This document shows positions 1 to 7,823 of a stretch of 25,873 nucleotides of DNA, piece after piece. Numbering within the stretch: position 1 is the stretch's first letter; the number at the start of each line of letters is the position of its first letter. Both the position numbers and the translations under genes were made by a program. The notes beneath the pieces are model-generated. The model saw only the letters and a program-made list of their open reading frames with translations. It made no database searches and was not told the origin of the DNA. The DNA is from a virus (lineage: Duplodnaviria; Caudoviricetes), in IMG/VR virus record IMGVR_UViG_3300033076_000271, positions 1 to 25,873 of that record; one strand, 5' to 3'.

Positions 1-1194
1 CAGCTCCCGAGGCCGCGCTTCGCGTACATCGCCCCCTTCAGGGACCAAGCGAAGCGAGTGGCTTGGGACTACATGAAGTTCTACTCCAAGCCCTTGTGGC
101 AGGAGGCCCCCAACGAATCCGAGCTTACCGTCACCCTGTACGGGGACAGGAAGATCAGCCTCTTTGGTGCGGACAACGCCGATGCCCTGCGAGGCATCTA
201 CCTTGACGGCGCAGCCTTGGATGAGTTCGGGGACTTCAAGCCGAGCGTCTGGGGCAATGTCATCCGTCCTGCTCTGTCGGATCGCAAGGGGTGGGCTGTG
301 TTTGGCGGCACTCCAAAGGGGCGCAACGAGTTCTGGCATGTGAGGGAGAACGCCCGGAAGAACCCGAAGGAGTGGTTCCTGATGGAACTGCGGGCCAGCG
401 AGAGCGGGCTTCTGGATCAAGTGGAACTGGATGAAGCGGCCAAGCAGCTTACGCCGGAGCAGTACGCGCAAGAGTTTGAATGCGACTTCAGTGCCGCGCT
501 ACCGGGGGCTTTCTTCGGTCGTGAGATGATCGCTGCAGAGCGTGAAGGGCGGATATCCAGTGTCCCCCAAGATCCTGAAACTGCTGTGTTCACAGCTTGG
601 GACATTGGCTATCGAGACGACACCGCGATCTGGTGGTTCCAAGTCGTCAGGGACGAAATCCACGTCATCGATCATCACTCCTCGTCAGGCCAGACCATCG
701 AGTTCTACGCGAAGCTCATCCAGTCCAAGGGCTTCAAGTACGCAACGCACTGGCTCCCGCACGACGCGAAAGCAAAGACCCTAGCTAGCGGCGGGAAGTC
801 GATCATCGAGCAACTGGCGTCCTACCTTGGCTTGGACAAGCTTGCCATCGCGCCACACCTTGACTTGCAGGACGGCATACAAGCCGCCCGGGTCGCCATC
901 CGTCACGCTTGGTTCGATGAAAAGAACTGCTACGAAGGGCTAGAGGCCCTGAGGCAGTACCAAAGGGAGTACGACGAGGACAAGAAGGCGTTTCGGGAGC
1001 GCCCCCGTCATGACTGGACAAGTCATAGCGCCGACGCCTTCCGAATGCTGGCCGTGGCTTGGCAGGAGAACCATCCCCAAGCAAGCAAGCCTAGCGAGCT
1101 TCGCGGCATCGTGGTCGGTCCAGAGAACACGGTGACGCTTGATGAGATGTGGGAAGAGCATCAAAGGACTGTCGGGAGACAAGTCCGCATATGA
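1..1194 (+). CDS. terL: Terminase large subunit (5'-truncated by window edge)
   Basis: Frame is open from base 1 (QLPRPRFAYIAPFRDQAKRVAWDYM...). Walker B-like LRGIYLDGAALDE, coupling motif GTPKGRN, RNase H-like nuclease motifs AWDIGYRDDTAIW and HDWTSHSADAFR. Confidence 0.95.
   Translation, partial: QLPRPRFAYIAPFRDQAKRVAWDYMKFYSKPLWQEAPNESELTVTLYGDRKISLFGADNADALRGIYLDGAALDEFGDFKPSVWGNVIRPALSDRKGWAVFGGTPKGRNEFWHVRENARKNPKEWFLMELRASESGLLDQVELDEAAKQLTPEQYAQEFECDFSAALPGAFFGREMIAAEREGRISSVPQDPETAVFTAWDIGYRDDTAIWWFQVVRDEIHVIDHHSSSGQTIEFYAKLIQSKGFKYATHWLPHDAKAKTLASGGKSIIEQLASYLGLDKLAIAPHLDLQDGIQAARVAIRHAWFDEKNCYEGLEALRQYQREYDEDKKAFRERPRHDWTSHSADAFRMLAVAWQENHPQASKPSELRGIVVGPENTVTLDEMWEEHQRTVGRQVRI
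1166..1186 (+). promoter_or_regulatory. GGGA-tetraloop hairpin at the terL 3' end, covering the SD of the 1191 ORF
   Basis: GGACTGTC-GGGA-GACA(A)GTCC: 8 bp stem with one bulge; same GTC-GGGA-GAC core as 7792-7805. Confidence 0.5.
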
Positions 1195-1310
1195 GCTGGC
1201 CGATTCTTGACCGAGGAGATCCGATCAACTGGCCCTTGTACAAGGCCCGGGTTGCTTTGGTCAGGAAGTGGCCGCAACTCTACGGCATCGTTTGGTTCGA
1301 CTTTCGGTAA
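1191..1310 (+). CDS. Small 39-aa Trp-rich hypothetical protein (not in ORF track)
   Basis: ATG overlaps the terL stop (ATGA); GGGAG upstream; translates MSWPILDRGDPINWPLYKARVALVRKWPQLYGIVWFDFR; fills the gap to the next gene. Confidence 0.55.
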   Translation: MSWPILDRGDPINWPLYKARVALVRKWPQLYGIVWFDFR

Positions 1311-1312
1311 TC

Positions 1313-1335
1313 ACCGCCGCGAGGCGGTAAGGAGG
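1313..1335 (+). promoter_or_regulatory. GCGA-tetraloop hairpin directly followed by SD
   Basis: ACCGCC-GCGA-GGCGGT (1313-1328) then AAGGAGG (1329-1335), ATG at 1340. Confidence 0.6.
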
Positions 1336-1339
1336 CTGT

Positions 1340-1633
1340 ATGGCTGGACAAGTGTATGAGTCGGGTTCGTACAAGAACATCACGGCAACGGCTGCTGTGA
1401 GTGCTGCCCCCGGGGTGCTGGTGGGCTTCTACGTCAACAGCACAACTGGCGGGACGCTTGTCCTGCGTGACGGTGGGGCGTCTGGCACGGCGATGTCCGG
1501 AACGATCACGCCGGCCATTGGCTTTCATCGCTTCCCGGCTGTCTACGCATCCAGCCTTCACGCAACGATTGCCAACACGCTGGACGTGACGTTCTTCTTC
1601 CAGCCTGCTCCGACCCCCACGACTAACAACTAG
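1340..1633 (+). CDS. Small beta-rich hypothetical protein, probably virion-associated
   Basis: Strong SD AAGGAGG; 97 aa, Thr/Gly/Ala-rich with alternating hydrophobic strands; lies between terL and portal. Confidence 0.75.
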   Translation: MAGQVYESGSYKNITATAAVSAAPGVLVGFYVNSTTGGTLVLRDGGASGTAMSGTITPAIGFHRFPAVYASSLHATIANTLDVTFFFQPAPTPTTNN

Positions 1634-1635
1634 CC

Positions 1636-3861
1636 GTGGCCGAACTCCTCGACCGAAAGCGGGTAAGCCGGGACTTCAAGTCCTGGCTGGACTGCGTTGC
1701 TGCCTACGAGACCAAGTTCCAGTCTTGGGAGGGGCGCGTCGAGAAGATCATCAAGCGGTTCGTAGACAAACAGGACGAGCTGAAGTCCGGGACGGGTCAG
1801 GCCCGCTTCAACATCCTGTGGTCGAACGTCCAGACCCTGAAGGCGGCGACGTTCTCCCGGCTTCCTAAGCCTGATGTCAGCCGCAGGTTCAAGGATCAAG
1901 ACCCGGTGGGAAGGGTGGCGGCGCTGATCCTTGAAAGAGCCTTGGACTACGAGATCCAGCACTATCAGGACTATCGGGCCTCGATGGATAGCGTGGTGCT
2001 GGACCGCTTTCTGGGAGGCCGTGGCACGTCTTGGGTCCGGTACGAGCCCCACATGCGGGCAACCCAGCTTGCGCAGCCCACGGACGGCCTAGGCGTCACG
2101 GAGGACGTGGACGAGGGGCAGGAGGAACTCGACTACGAGTGCGCCCCCACGGACTACGTCCATTGGAAGGACTTCGGCCACTCCAATGCAAGGACGTGGG
2201 AAGAGGTCAAGCGGGTATGGCGCAGGGTCTACATGGGGCGCGAAGCCTTGGTAGAGCGGTTTGGGGAGGAGGTTGGATCAAAGATCCCGCTAGACGCCAC
2301 GCCTGACGACACCGAGCGCAACAAGACAACGGTCTCTGATACCGCCTGCATCTACGAGGGCTGGGACAAGGAGACCAAGAAGGCCGTTTGGTTCCACAAG
2401 TCGTTCAAGGACTTCCTTGACCAGCGTGACGACCCCTTGGGGCTGGAGGACTTCTTCCCGTGTCCCAAGCCTTTGTACTCGACGCTGTCGAATGATTCGC
2501 TCATTCCGACGCCTGACTTCACGCTGTACCAGGATCAAGCCCGGGAGTTGGACGTTCTCTGTGACCGTATCGACGGGCTTATCAAGGCATTGAAGGTCGC
2601 AGGGTGCTACGACTCCTCGAATCCCGTCCTTGCCCGCATCTTTACGGAGGGCGAGAACACGACGCTCTTCCCGGTGAAGAATTGGGCGGCGTTTGCCGAG
2701 AAGCAGGGTCTCAAGGGTTCCATTGACATCGTAGACCTGAAGCCGATCTACGAAGCCCTGAGGGCTGCGTATGAGGCCATGGTTCAGGTCCGGGAACAGG
2801 TGTACGAGATCACCGGGATTTCGGACATCGTCCGTGGTCAGACGCAAGCTTCGGAGACCGCGACGGCGCAGCAGATCAAGGGTCAGTACGCCAGCCTGAG
2901 GCTCAAGTCCTACCAAGATCAAGTCGCCTTCTTCGCGACCCAAGTCCTGCAGATCAAGGGACAGGTCATCTGCAACAAGTTCGACCCGCAGACGATTGCG
3001 ATGATCGCCGGGGTCAATGAGTTCCCGGAGGCTGACAAGCAATACATCGGCCCTGCGATGGAACTGTTGCTCGGGCCGAGGATTCAAGATCCGGAGAGTC
3101 AGGCACCGAACCCCATGCGGGCGTTCCGCATCGAGGTTGCTGCCGATTCGATGGTGTATCTGGACGAACAGGCCGAGAAGGAGGCCCGTGTCGAGTTCCT
3201 GACAGCGACCGGGACGTTCTTGGAGAAGATCGTTATGTCCTTGGCGAGTGTGCCGAAGGAGATGGTCGGGCCACTGCTGCCGCTGCTCTTGGAGATGCTG
3301 AAGTTTGGCGTCACTGGCTACAGGGTAGGCAAATCGATGGAAGGCATCATCGATCAAGCGACCCAGCAGTTGATCCAGCTTGCCGGCCAGCCGCAAGCGC
3401 CTGATCCCAAGCAGATGGAAGAGCAGATCCGCGCCCAGATCGAGAACGACGTGGCGATGAAGAACGCCTCCAAGGAGATTGAGCATAACAAGCGGGCGGC
3501 TGACCTTGATATCCGCGAGATGAAGTTCAACGCGGAGCAGCAGCTCGGAAAGCTGGAAGCCGACTTTACCAAGCGGGAGGCTGACCTTGCCGCCCGTGAT
3601 TCCGAGGTCAAGGCCAAGACCAGCGCCGAATACGCGAAGCTTGAGGAGGCCAAGGCTTCGGCGGTAAAGGACTCGATGTCGAAGGTAGAGAAGGACGAAA
3701 GCCTGCGTTTGGAGGCCCTGCAAGCGTTGGCGCAACAGATGTCCCTCAGCACCCAGCAGACGCAGCAGATGGTCGCGTCGTTGATGCAGATCATGACCAA
3801 GCCCAAGAGGATCATTCGAGGGCCTGACGGTCGAGCGGCTGGGGTGGAGACGCTTAACTAA
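1636..3861 (+). CDS. Portal protein with long C-terminal coiled-coil (P22-type barrel)
   Basis: 741 aa directly after terL; YEITGISDIVRGQTQASETATAQQIK resembles the podovirus portal tunnel-loop motif; helical, Q/E/K/A-rich C-terminus. Confidence 0.9.
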   Translation: MAELLDRKRVSRDFKSWLDCVAAYETKFQSWEGRVEKIIKRFVDKQDELKSGTGQARFNILWSNVQTLKAATFSRLPKPDVSRRFKDQDPVGRVAALILERALDYEIQHYQDYRASMDSVVLDRFLGGRGTSWVRYEPHMRATQLAQPTDGLGVTEDVDEGQEELDYECAPTDYVHWKDFGHSNARTWEEVKRVWRRVYMGREALVERFGEEVGSKIPLDATPDDTERNKTTVSDTACIYEGWDKETKKAVWFHKSFKDFLDQRDDPLGLEDFFPCPKPLYSTLSNDSLIPTPDFTLYQDQARELDVLCDRIDGLIKALKVAGCYDSSNPVLARIFTEGENTTLFPVKNWAAFAEKQGLKGSIDIVDLKPIYEALRAAYEAMVQVREQVYEITGISDIVRGQTQASETATAQQIKGQYASLRLKSYQDQVAFFATQVLQIKGQVICNKFDPQTIAMIAGVNEFPEADKQYIGPAMELLLGPRIQDPESQAPNPMRAFRIEVAADSMVYLDEQAEKEARVEFLTATGTFLEKIVMSLASVPKEMVGPLLPLLLEMLKFGVTGYRVGKSMEGIIDQATQQLIQLAGQPQAPDPKQMEEQIRAQIENDVAMKNASKEIEHNKRAADLDIREMKFNAEQQLGKLEADFTKREADLAARDSEVKAKTSAEYAKLEEAKASAVKDSMSKVEKDESLRLEALQALAQQMSLSTQQTQQMVASLMQIMTKPKRIIRGPDGRAAGVETLN

Positions 3862-4460
3862 TGGCGCTCACCGTCACAACGGTTCACACCAAAGTCCTTA
3901 TCAGCCCTTCGACAGGGACTGAGGACAAGGTCTATGGCGCTGACTACGTCTCCCCGACGAGCCACACCTCGGCGGTGACAGGGACGCTGCCGGCAAGTGA
4001 CGTCACGGGGCTTGCCACGGTGGCGACCTCAGGTCTTGCGAGTGACCTGACCAATGACGTGGGCTGGATAACGTCGGCTGGCGCTCCTGTGCAGTCCGTT
4101 GCCGGAAAGACGGGCACCGTCACGCTGACATCTTCGGATGTCGGATTGGGCAACGTCACAAACAACGCCCAGACCCAAGCGGCGATTGTCCCGAACACTG
4201 CCCCATCTGCGGGCCAGATGCTTGTAGGCAACGCCGGGGGCACGGCTTACGCGCCCGTTGCGATGTCCGGGGACGCGACGCTTGCCAGTACCGGGGCCAT
4301 CACCCTTGCAAACACTGCCGTCTCCGCAGGTTCCTACACCAGCGCAGACATCACCGTAGACGCGAAGGGACGCATCACGGCTGCCGCAAACGGCTCTGGT
4401 GGTTCTGGCACTTCCATTGGTCTTGTCATCGGTCTCAGTACCGCGATGTTCACCCTATAG
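3861..4460 (+). CDS. Fibre-shaft-like structural protein
   Basis: Contains VQSVAGKTGTVTLTSSDVGLGNV and GSYTSADITVDAKGRITAAANG, motifs typical of trimeric phage fibres; short hydrophobic C-terminal helix; TAATG coupling to portal. Confidence 0.7.
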   Translation: MALTVTTVHTKVLISPSTGTEDKVYGADYVSPTSHTSAVTGTLPASDVTGLATVATSGLASDLTNDVGWITSAGAPVQSVAGKTGTVTLTSSDVGLGNVTNNAQTQAAIVPNTAPSAGQMLVGNAGGTAYAPVAMSGDATLASTGAITLANTAVSAGSYTSADITVDAKGRITAAANGSGGSGTSIGLVIGLSTAMFTL

Positions 4461-4467
4461 GTAACGC

Positions 4468-4917
4468 ATGGCTACCTCTCCGATTTTCCCGGGAACAGTA
4501 AACAACGGCGAAACGCGGATCACCGCGCAACAGGCGAGTTCCGGGCGTTCTGACGGTAACGGAACAATTGGAACCGACATTTTTCTCGCGTTTTCTGCTG
4601 GGGCCAGCGGGTCGTTTGTTAAGGACATCATCATCAAGCCTGCGGCGACGGCTGCGGCGACGACGACGACCAACACCAGCATTCGCGTCTATATCTCCAC
4701 GCAAAGCAGCGGGGCGACAACCTCATCCAACACAAAGTTGATTGATGAGATCAACATTCCCGCTGTTTCTGCGGCTAGCACGACAGCGCCGACGCCGACA
4801 TTCACCATCCCGCTGAACAAGGCATTGGAGAGCGGGCAATACATCCTTGTCGGTTCTGGTGCAACGCTGGCTGCGAACACCGAGTTTCAAGTCATCGTCT
4901 TTGGTGGCGATTACTAA
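4468..4917 (+). CDS. Thr/Ser/Ala-rich beta-sandwich-like structural protein (possible fibre adaptor)
   Basis: 149 aa, in operon between fibre-like and Gly-rich genes; alternating strand pattern. Confidence 0.65.
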   Translation: MATSPIFPGTVNNGETRITAQQASSGRSDGNGTIGTDIFLAFSAGASGSFVKDIIIKPAATAAATTTTNTSIRVYISTQSSGATTSSNTKLIDEINIPAVSAASTTAPTPTFTIPLNKALESGQYILVGSGATLAANTEFQVIVFGGDY

Positions 4918-5804
4918 TGTTCGGCTGGCTTCCCCAAACCCGGACGCTGATTGACCAGATTGAGTTTGTCGGCACGACTGGCGGATCTGGCACAAACGAA
5001 TGGCATCCCTACGTCATCCCTGAGGGGGCGTCGTTTGTCTACGGGATGCTTGTTGGCGCTGGTGGAGGAGGGGCTCGGCCTTCGGTAGGGACTGGCGTTG
5101 CCGGTGGTGGTGGAGGGGCTTCAGGCGCGGTAACACGGTTCATTGCTCCAGCGTTCCTGCTTCCCAAGGTTTTGTATATCACCGTGGGATCGGGCGGGGC
5201 GGGCGGGACTTCTAACGGAGCTGCTGGCGCGGGCGGCAATACAAGCTACATCGGCGCTGACATCCCGGGCACGGCAAACGCTGCGAGTTTGATTTACGCG
5301 AACGCTGGCGGTGGTGGGGCGGCTGCTGGTGGTGCCGGATCTGCTGCGGCTGTGTATGTCGTCGCGGCCTCGATGTGGTCGGGTCTGGTCATGTGGGTGG
5401 GTGTTGCCGGTCAAGCCGGAGGCGCTGGCGCTGCGACAAACGGAAGCGCCGTGGCTATCGGCACCCCCATGATTTCCGGGGGCGGCGGTGGGGCGGGGTC
5501 CAGCAACGGGAATGGCGGGGCGATCACTGGCAGCGGGCGAATCCCGACCCTTGCAGGCGGGGCCTCTGGTGCCGGTGGTGCGGCTGGAAACGGCCTCCCG
5601 GGATACTACAAGAGCGGCAGGCCGTTCTTCTCGACCGGGGGGAGTGGTGGGGGCGGGACGACCAGCACGACGCTCTCTGGAGGCGCTGGAGGCAATGGCG
5701 GCATCGGGTCCGGTGGCGGCGGCGGTGGGAATGCCGGTACTGGCGGGACTTCGGGCAACGGTGGCAACGGAGGGCCGGGGTACTGCTACCTGGCTTGTTT
5801 CTGA
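4917..5804 (+). CDS. Glycine-rich domain protein (possible polyglycine-II adhesin)
   Basis: Many GxGGGG / GGxGGxG runs separated by short variable loops, ending GNGGNGGPGYCYL; TAATG coupling. Confidence 0.7.
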   Translation: MFGWLPQTRTLIDQIEFVGTTGGSGTNEWHPYVIPEGASFVYGMLVGAGGGGARPSVGTGVAGGGGGASGAVTRFIAPAFLLPKVLYITVGSGGAGGTSNGAAGAGGNTSYIGADIPGTANAASLIYANAGGGGAAAGGAGSAAAVYVVAASMWSGLVMWVGVAGQAGGAGAATNGSAVAIGTPMISGGGGGAGSSNGNGGAITGSGRIPTLAGGASGAGGAAGNGLPGYYKSGRPFFSTGGSGGGGTTSTTLSGGAGGNGGIGSGGGGGGNAGTGGTSGNGGNGGPGYCYLACF

Positions 5805-6067
5805 TGTACGCCTACATCAAGGACAGGGTAGTGGTGAACGTGCTGCCGAACGTAGAAGAACCGGCGGCATCTTGTGCTGACTTCGTGCTGCAGCGCGAAA
5901 ACTTGAGCGTGGGCGATCCGTGCGAAGAGCCGTATTTCATCCGTGAGCAAATTCTGGCGCTTGAGGCCAAGCAACCACGCGCAATGCGCGAGGCTTTGCT
6001 GGGTGGGGACAAGTCTCGCCTTGAAACACTAGACGCGGAGATCGCGGAGTTAAGGGCGAGGCTGTGA
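5804..6067 (+). CDS. 87-aa protein resembling a fibre assembly chaperone
   Basis: True start is ATG 5804 (TGATG overlap) inside track ORF 5375..6067: MYAYIKDRVVVNV...IREQILALEAKQPRAMREALLG...EIAELRARL; helical hairpin C-terminus; follows fibre genes. Confidence 0.65.
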   Translation: MYAYIKDRVVVNVLPNVEEPAASCADFVLQRENLSVGDPCEEPYFIREQILALEAKQPRAMREALLGGDKSRLETLDAEIAELRARL

Positions 6068-6351
6068 AATACCTGCTCATCTTCGCGCTTGCCGCTTGTA
6101 CGGTGACGCCGTATGAGGGCCAGATGATCGTCGTCAGGTGGGCGAAGGACGCGGATGAGGTTCGCCAGATGTGCGGGCAGACTTCTTTCATTGAGCCCTT
6201 GGGCTGCGCAAGACAGAACAAGAGCGAGATCAACCCCAAGGGTTCATGCGAGATCGTGGCAATCGAACCTCGTGGGTTCGATGACAAGGAAGCGGTGAAC
6301 ACCTTGGGGCATGAGTTGCTGCACTGCCTCAAAGGGCCGGCGCATACATGA
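6064..6351 (+). CDS. Small putative lipoprotein with HEXXH zinc-binding motif
   Basis: MKYLLIFALAAC (lipobox LAA-C), four further Cys, TLGHELLHCL; GTGA overlap with upstream gene. Confidence 0.7.
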   Translation: MKYLLIFALAACTVTPYEGQMIVVRWAKDADEVRQMCGQTSFIEPLGCARQNKSEINPKGSCEIVAIEPRGFDDKEAVNTLGHELLHCLKGPAHT

Positions 6352-6740
6352 ATGGAAACTTCGATGCACAGTCTTTTGATGGCTCAGTCGGTGGATTTGA
6401 TACCGATGGCGGGACTGTCGTCGTCTTCGACACCCACGACGGGTTCGATGAGCGCAAGAAAAAGCGCATTGAGGAGTACCGGGCCTATCACGACAAGCTT
6501 CGTGAGGACGTGCGTAGAGCTCTGGAGGGGCCGAAAGCCGAGGAGATCCGCAAGGAACTGGAGCCCTATGCCAAGCCTACGGAGTCCAAACCGTTCTGGG
6601 AAACGGTGGACATTGAAGGCATTGCCGGGCGGATTGCTGGATTCGTGGCGCTGCGGATGGAGATTGCAAGGATTGAGCATGAGCGCCAATATCAAGCGAT
6701 GCTGGAGGATGACGATGACGATGTCCTTTTGCTGATATGA
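6348..6740 (+). CDS. Hypothetical phage protein
   Basis: ATGA overlap; DTHDG motif, charged helical body, acidic-then-hydrophobic tail EDDDDDVLLLI. Confidence 0.7.
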   Translation: MNGNFDAQSFDGSVGGFDTDGGTVVVFDTHDGFDERKKKRIEEYRAYHDKLREDVRRALEGPKAEEIRKELEPYAKPTESKPFWETVDIEGIAGRIAGFVALRMEIARIEHERQYQAMLEDDDDDVLLLI

Positions 6741-6744
6741 CGCC

Positions 6745-7107
6745 ATGCTCTCTTCCAAAGTCATGGGTTCAGGCATCAACGGGCTTTCGGTCCAAGCGAT
6801 TTGCCTTGACGTTGCGTCCGGTCTCACCGCGACCGGCACCACTCAAGCCGATGCGTATGCGCTTACGGCTGCGTCAAATGAATTTACGACCGTTGCTAGT
6901 GGTACAGGTGCCGTCCTTCCTTCAGCAAGCCCCGGAGACTCCGTCCTGGTCTACAACGGGGGGGCAAATCCATTGAGGATCTACCCGCAGACCGGAGAGC
7001 AGTTGAACGGCCAGCCGACGAACGCGCCTCACCTTCTGAGCGTCAACACGGCGGTGGAGTTCACCAAGCTGACCTCTACCCGGTGGGTGGGGAACCTGAG
7101 CCTATGA
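6745..7107 (+). CDS. Hypothetical beta-rich, probably virion protein
   Basis: 120 aa; GLTATGTTQADA...GAVLPSASPGDSVLVYNGGANPLRIYP pattern; in operon. Confidence 0.7.
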   Translation: MLSSKVMGSGINGLSVQAICLDVASGLTATGTTQADAYALTAASNEFTTVASGTGAVLPSASPGDSVLVYNGGANPLRIYPQTGEQLNGQPTNAPHLLSVNTAVEFTKLTSTRWVGNLSL

Positions 7108-7442
7108 GAGAACGCATCATCTACGGACTTGACGGGAAGGGCCCTGTCGCTCATTACATCGACGGGGAGTTGGTGTTTGCCCGGGAGGACTTGCCACCGG
7201 AACACAACGCTAACAAGCAGCATGTGATGCCCGACATCCAGCCCTACAGGAGCATGATCGACGGAAGCATCATTAACTCGCGCTCCCAGCACCGGGAACA
7301 CTTGAAAGCCCATGGGTGCGTCGAGGTTGGGAACGATTCCAGCGTTCTGAACCCAAAGCCTCAACCCTTGCGCCCCCCTCCGGGGCTCAAGGATCACTTG
7401 ATCCGGTCCTATCAACAAGTCATGGAACGAAAGCGGAGGTAG
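7104..7442 (+). CDS. Hypothetical head-region protein
   Basis: Start reassigned to ATG 7104 (ATGA overlap); core PDIQPYRSMIDGSIINSRSQHREHLKAHGCVEVGND resembles small proteins often found before scaffold genes. Confidence 0.7.
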   Translation: MRERIIYGLDGKGPVAHYIDGELVFAREDLPPEHNANKQHVMPDIQPYRSMIDGSIINSRSQHREHLKAHGCVEVGNDSSVLNPKPQPLRPPPGLKDHLIRSYQQVMERKRR

Positions 7443-7445
7443 CAA

Positions 7446-7658
7446 ATGGCAACGGTGGCGGCAATCCAAGCGGAACTCGACCCCAGCGGCTACGGCACGA
7501 AGGCCAGGATCGTGAAGCAGAACACGATCACGACCACGGATTACTTCTACGTCACCGGGGGGGTGGACTACCCGGGCAAGGCGAAGTGGTGCACGACCAC
7601 CAACACGGATTCCGCTGCCACGCAGGCGGCGGCGATCCAGACGCAGATGGCGGCGTAG
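7446..7658 (+). CDS. 70-aa hypothetical protein
   Basis: SD GGAGG at about 7435; codon usage like neighbours; AAIQ motif at both ends. Confidence 0.7.
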   Translation: MATVAAIQAELDPSGYGTKARIVKQNTITTTDYFYVTGGVDYPGKAKWCTTTNTDSAATQAAAIQTQMAA

Positions 7659-7668
7659 TGGAGTACAG

Positions 7669-7805
7669 CCAGTACAAGCCGCGCCTTCCGTACTCATGGA
7701 TTGAGTACGCGCTTGTTGCTGGAAAGAAAAACGCTACTGTCGGGATGACAGCGGCACCCCTCGGCCACATGGAGGCCGGGGTTCCTATTGATCGTCGGGA
7801 GACGA
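7669..7805 (+). ncRNA. Candidate structured leader/sRNA: four consecutive hairpins, each with GGA in the loop
   Basis: CGTACTCA-TGGAT-TGAGTACG (7689-7709, on a longer stem 7669-7722); GCTACTGTC-GGGAT-GACAGCGGC (7733-7755); ACCCC(TC)GGCC-ACATGGA-GGCCGGGGT (7756-7782); TCGTC-GGGA-GACGA (7792-7805). Confidence 0.5.
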
Positions 7806-7823
7806 ACAGAAACGGAGCAGCAA

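Noticed and set aside
2290-3735. 481-aa minus-strand ORF opposite the portal
   Set aside because: Shadow ORF from GC-biased codon usage on the sense strand; L/R/H/V-rich with no motif or SD.
5375-5803. N-terminal 143 codons of track ORF 5375..6067
   Set aside because: Arg/Trp-rich off-frame reading of Gly codons; the real start is ATG 5804.
7765-7773. CCACATGGA as a third copy of the leftward promoter
   Set aside because: Lacks the TAnnnT hexamer on the minus strand.
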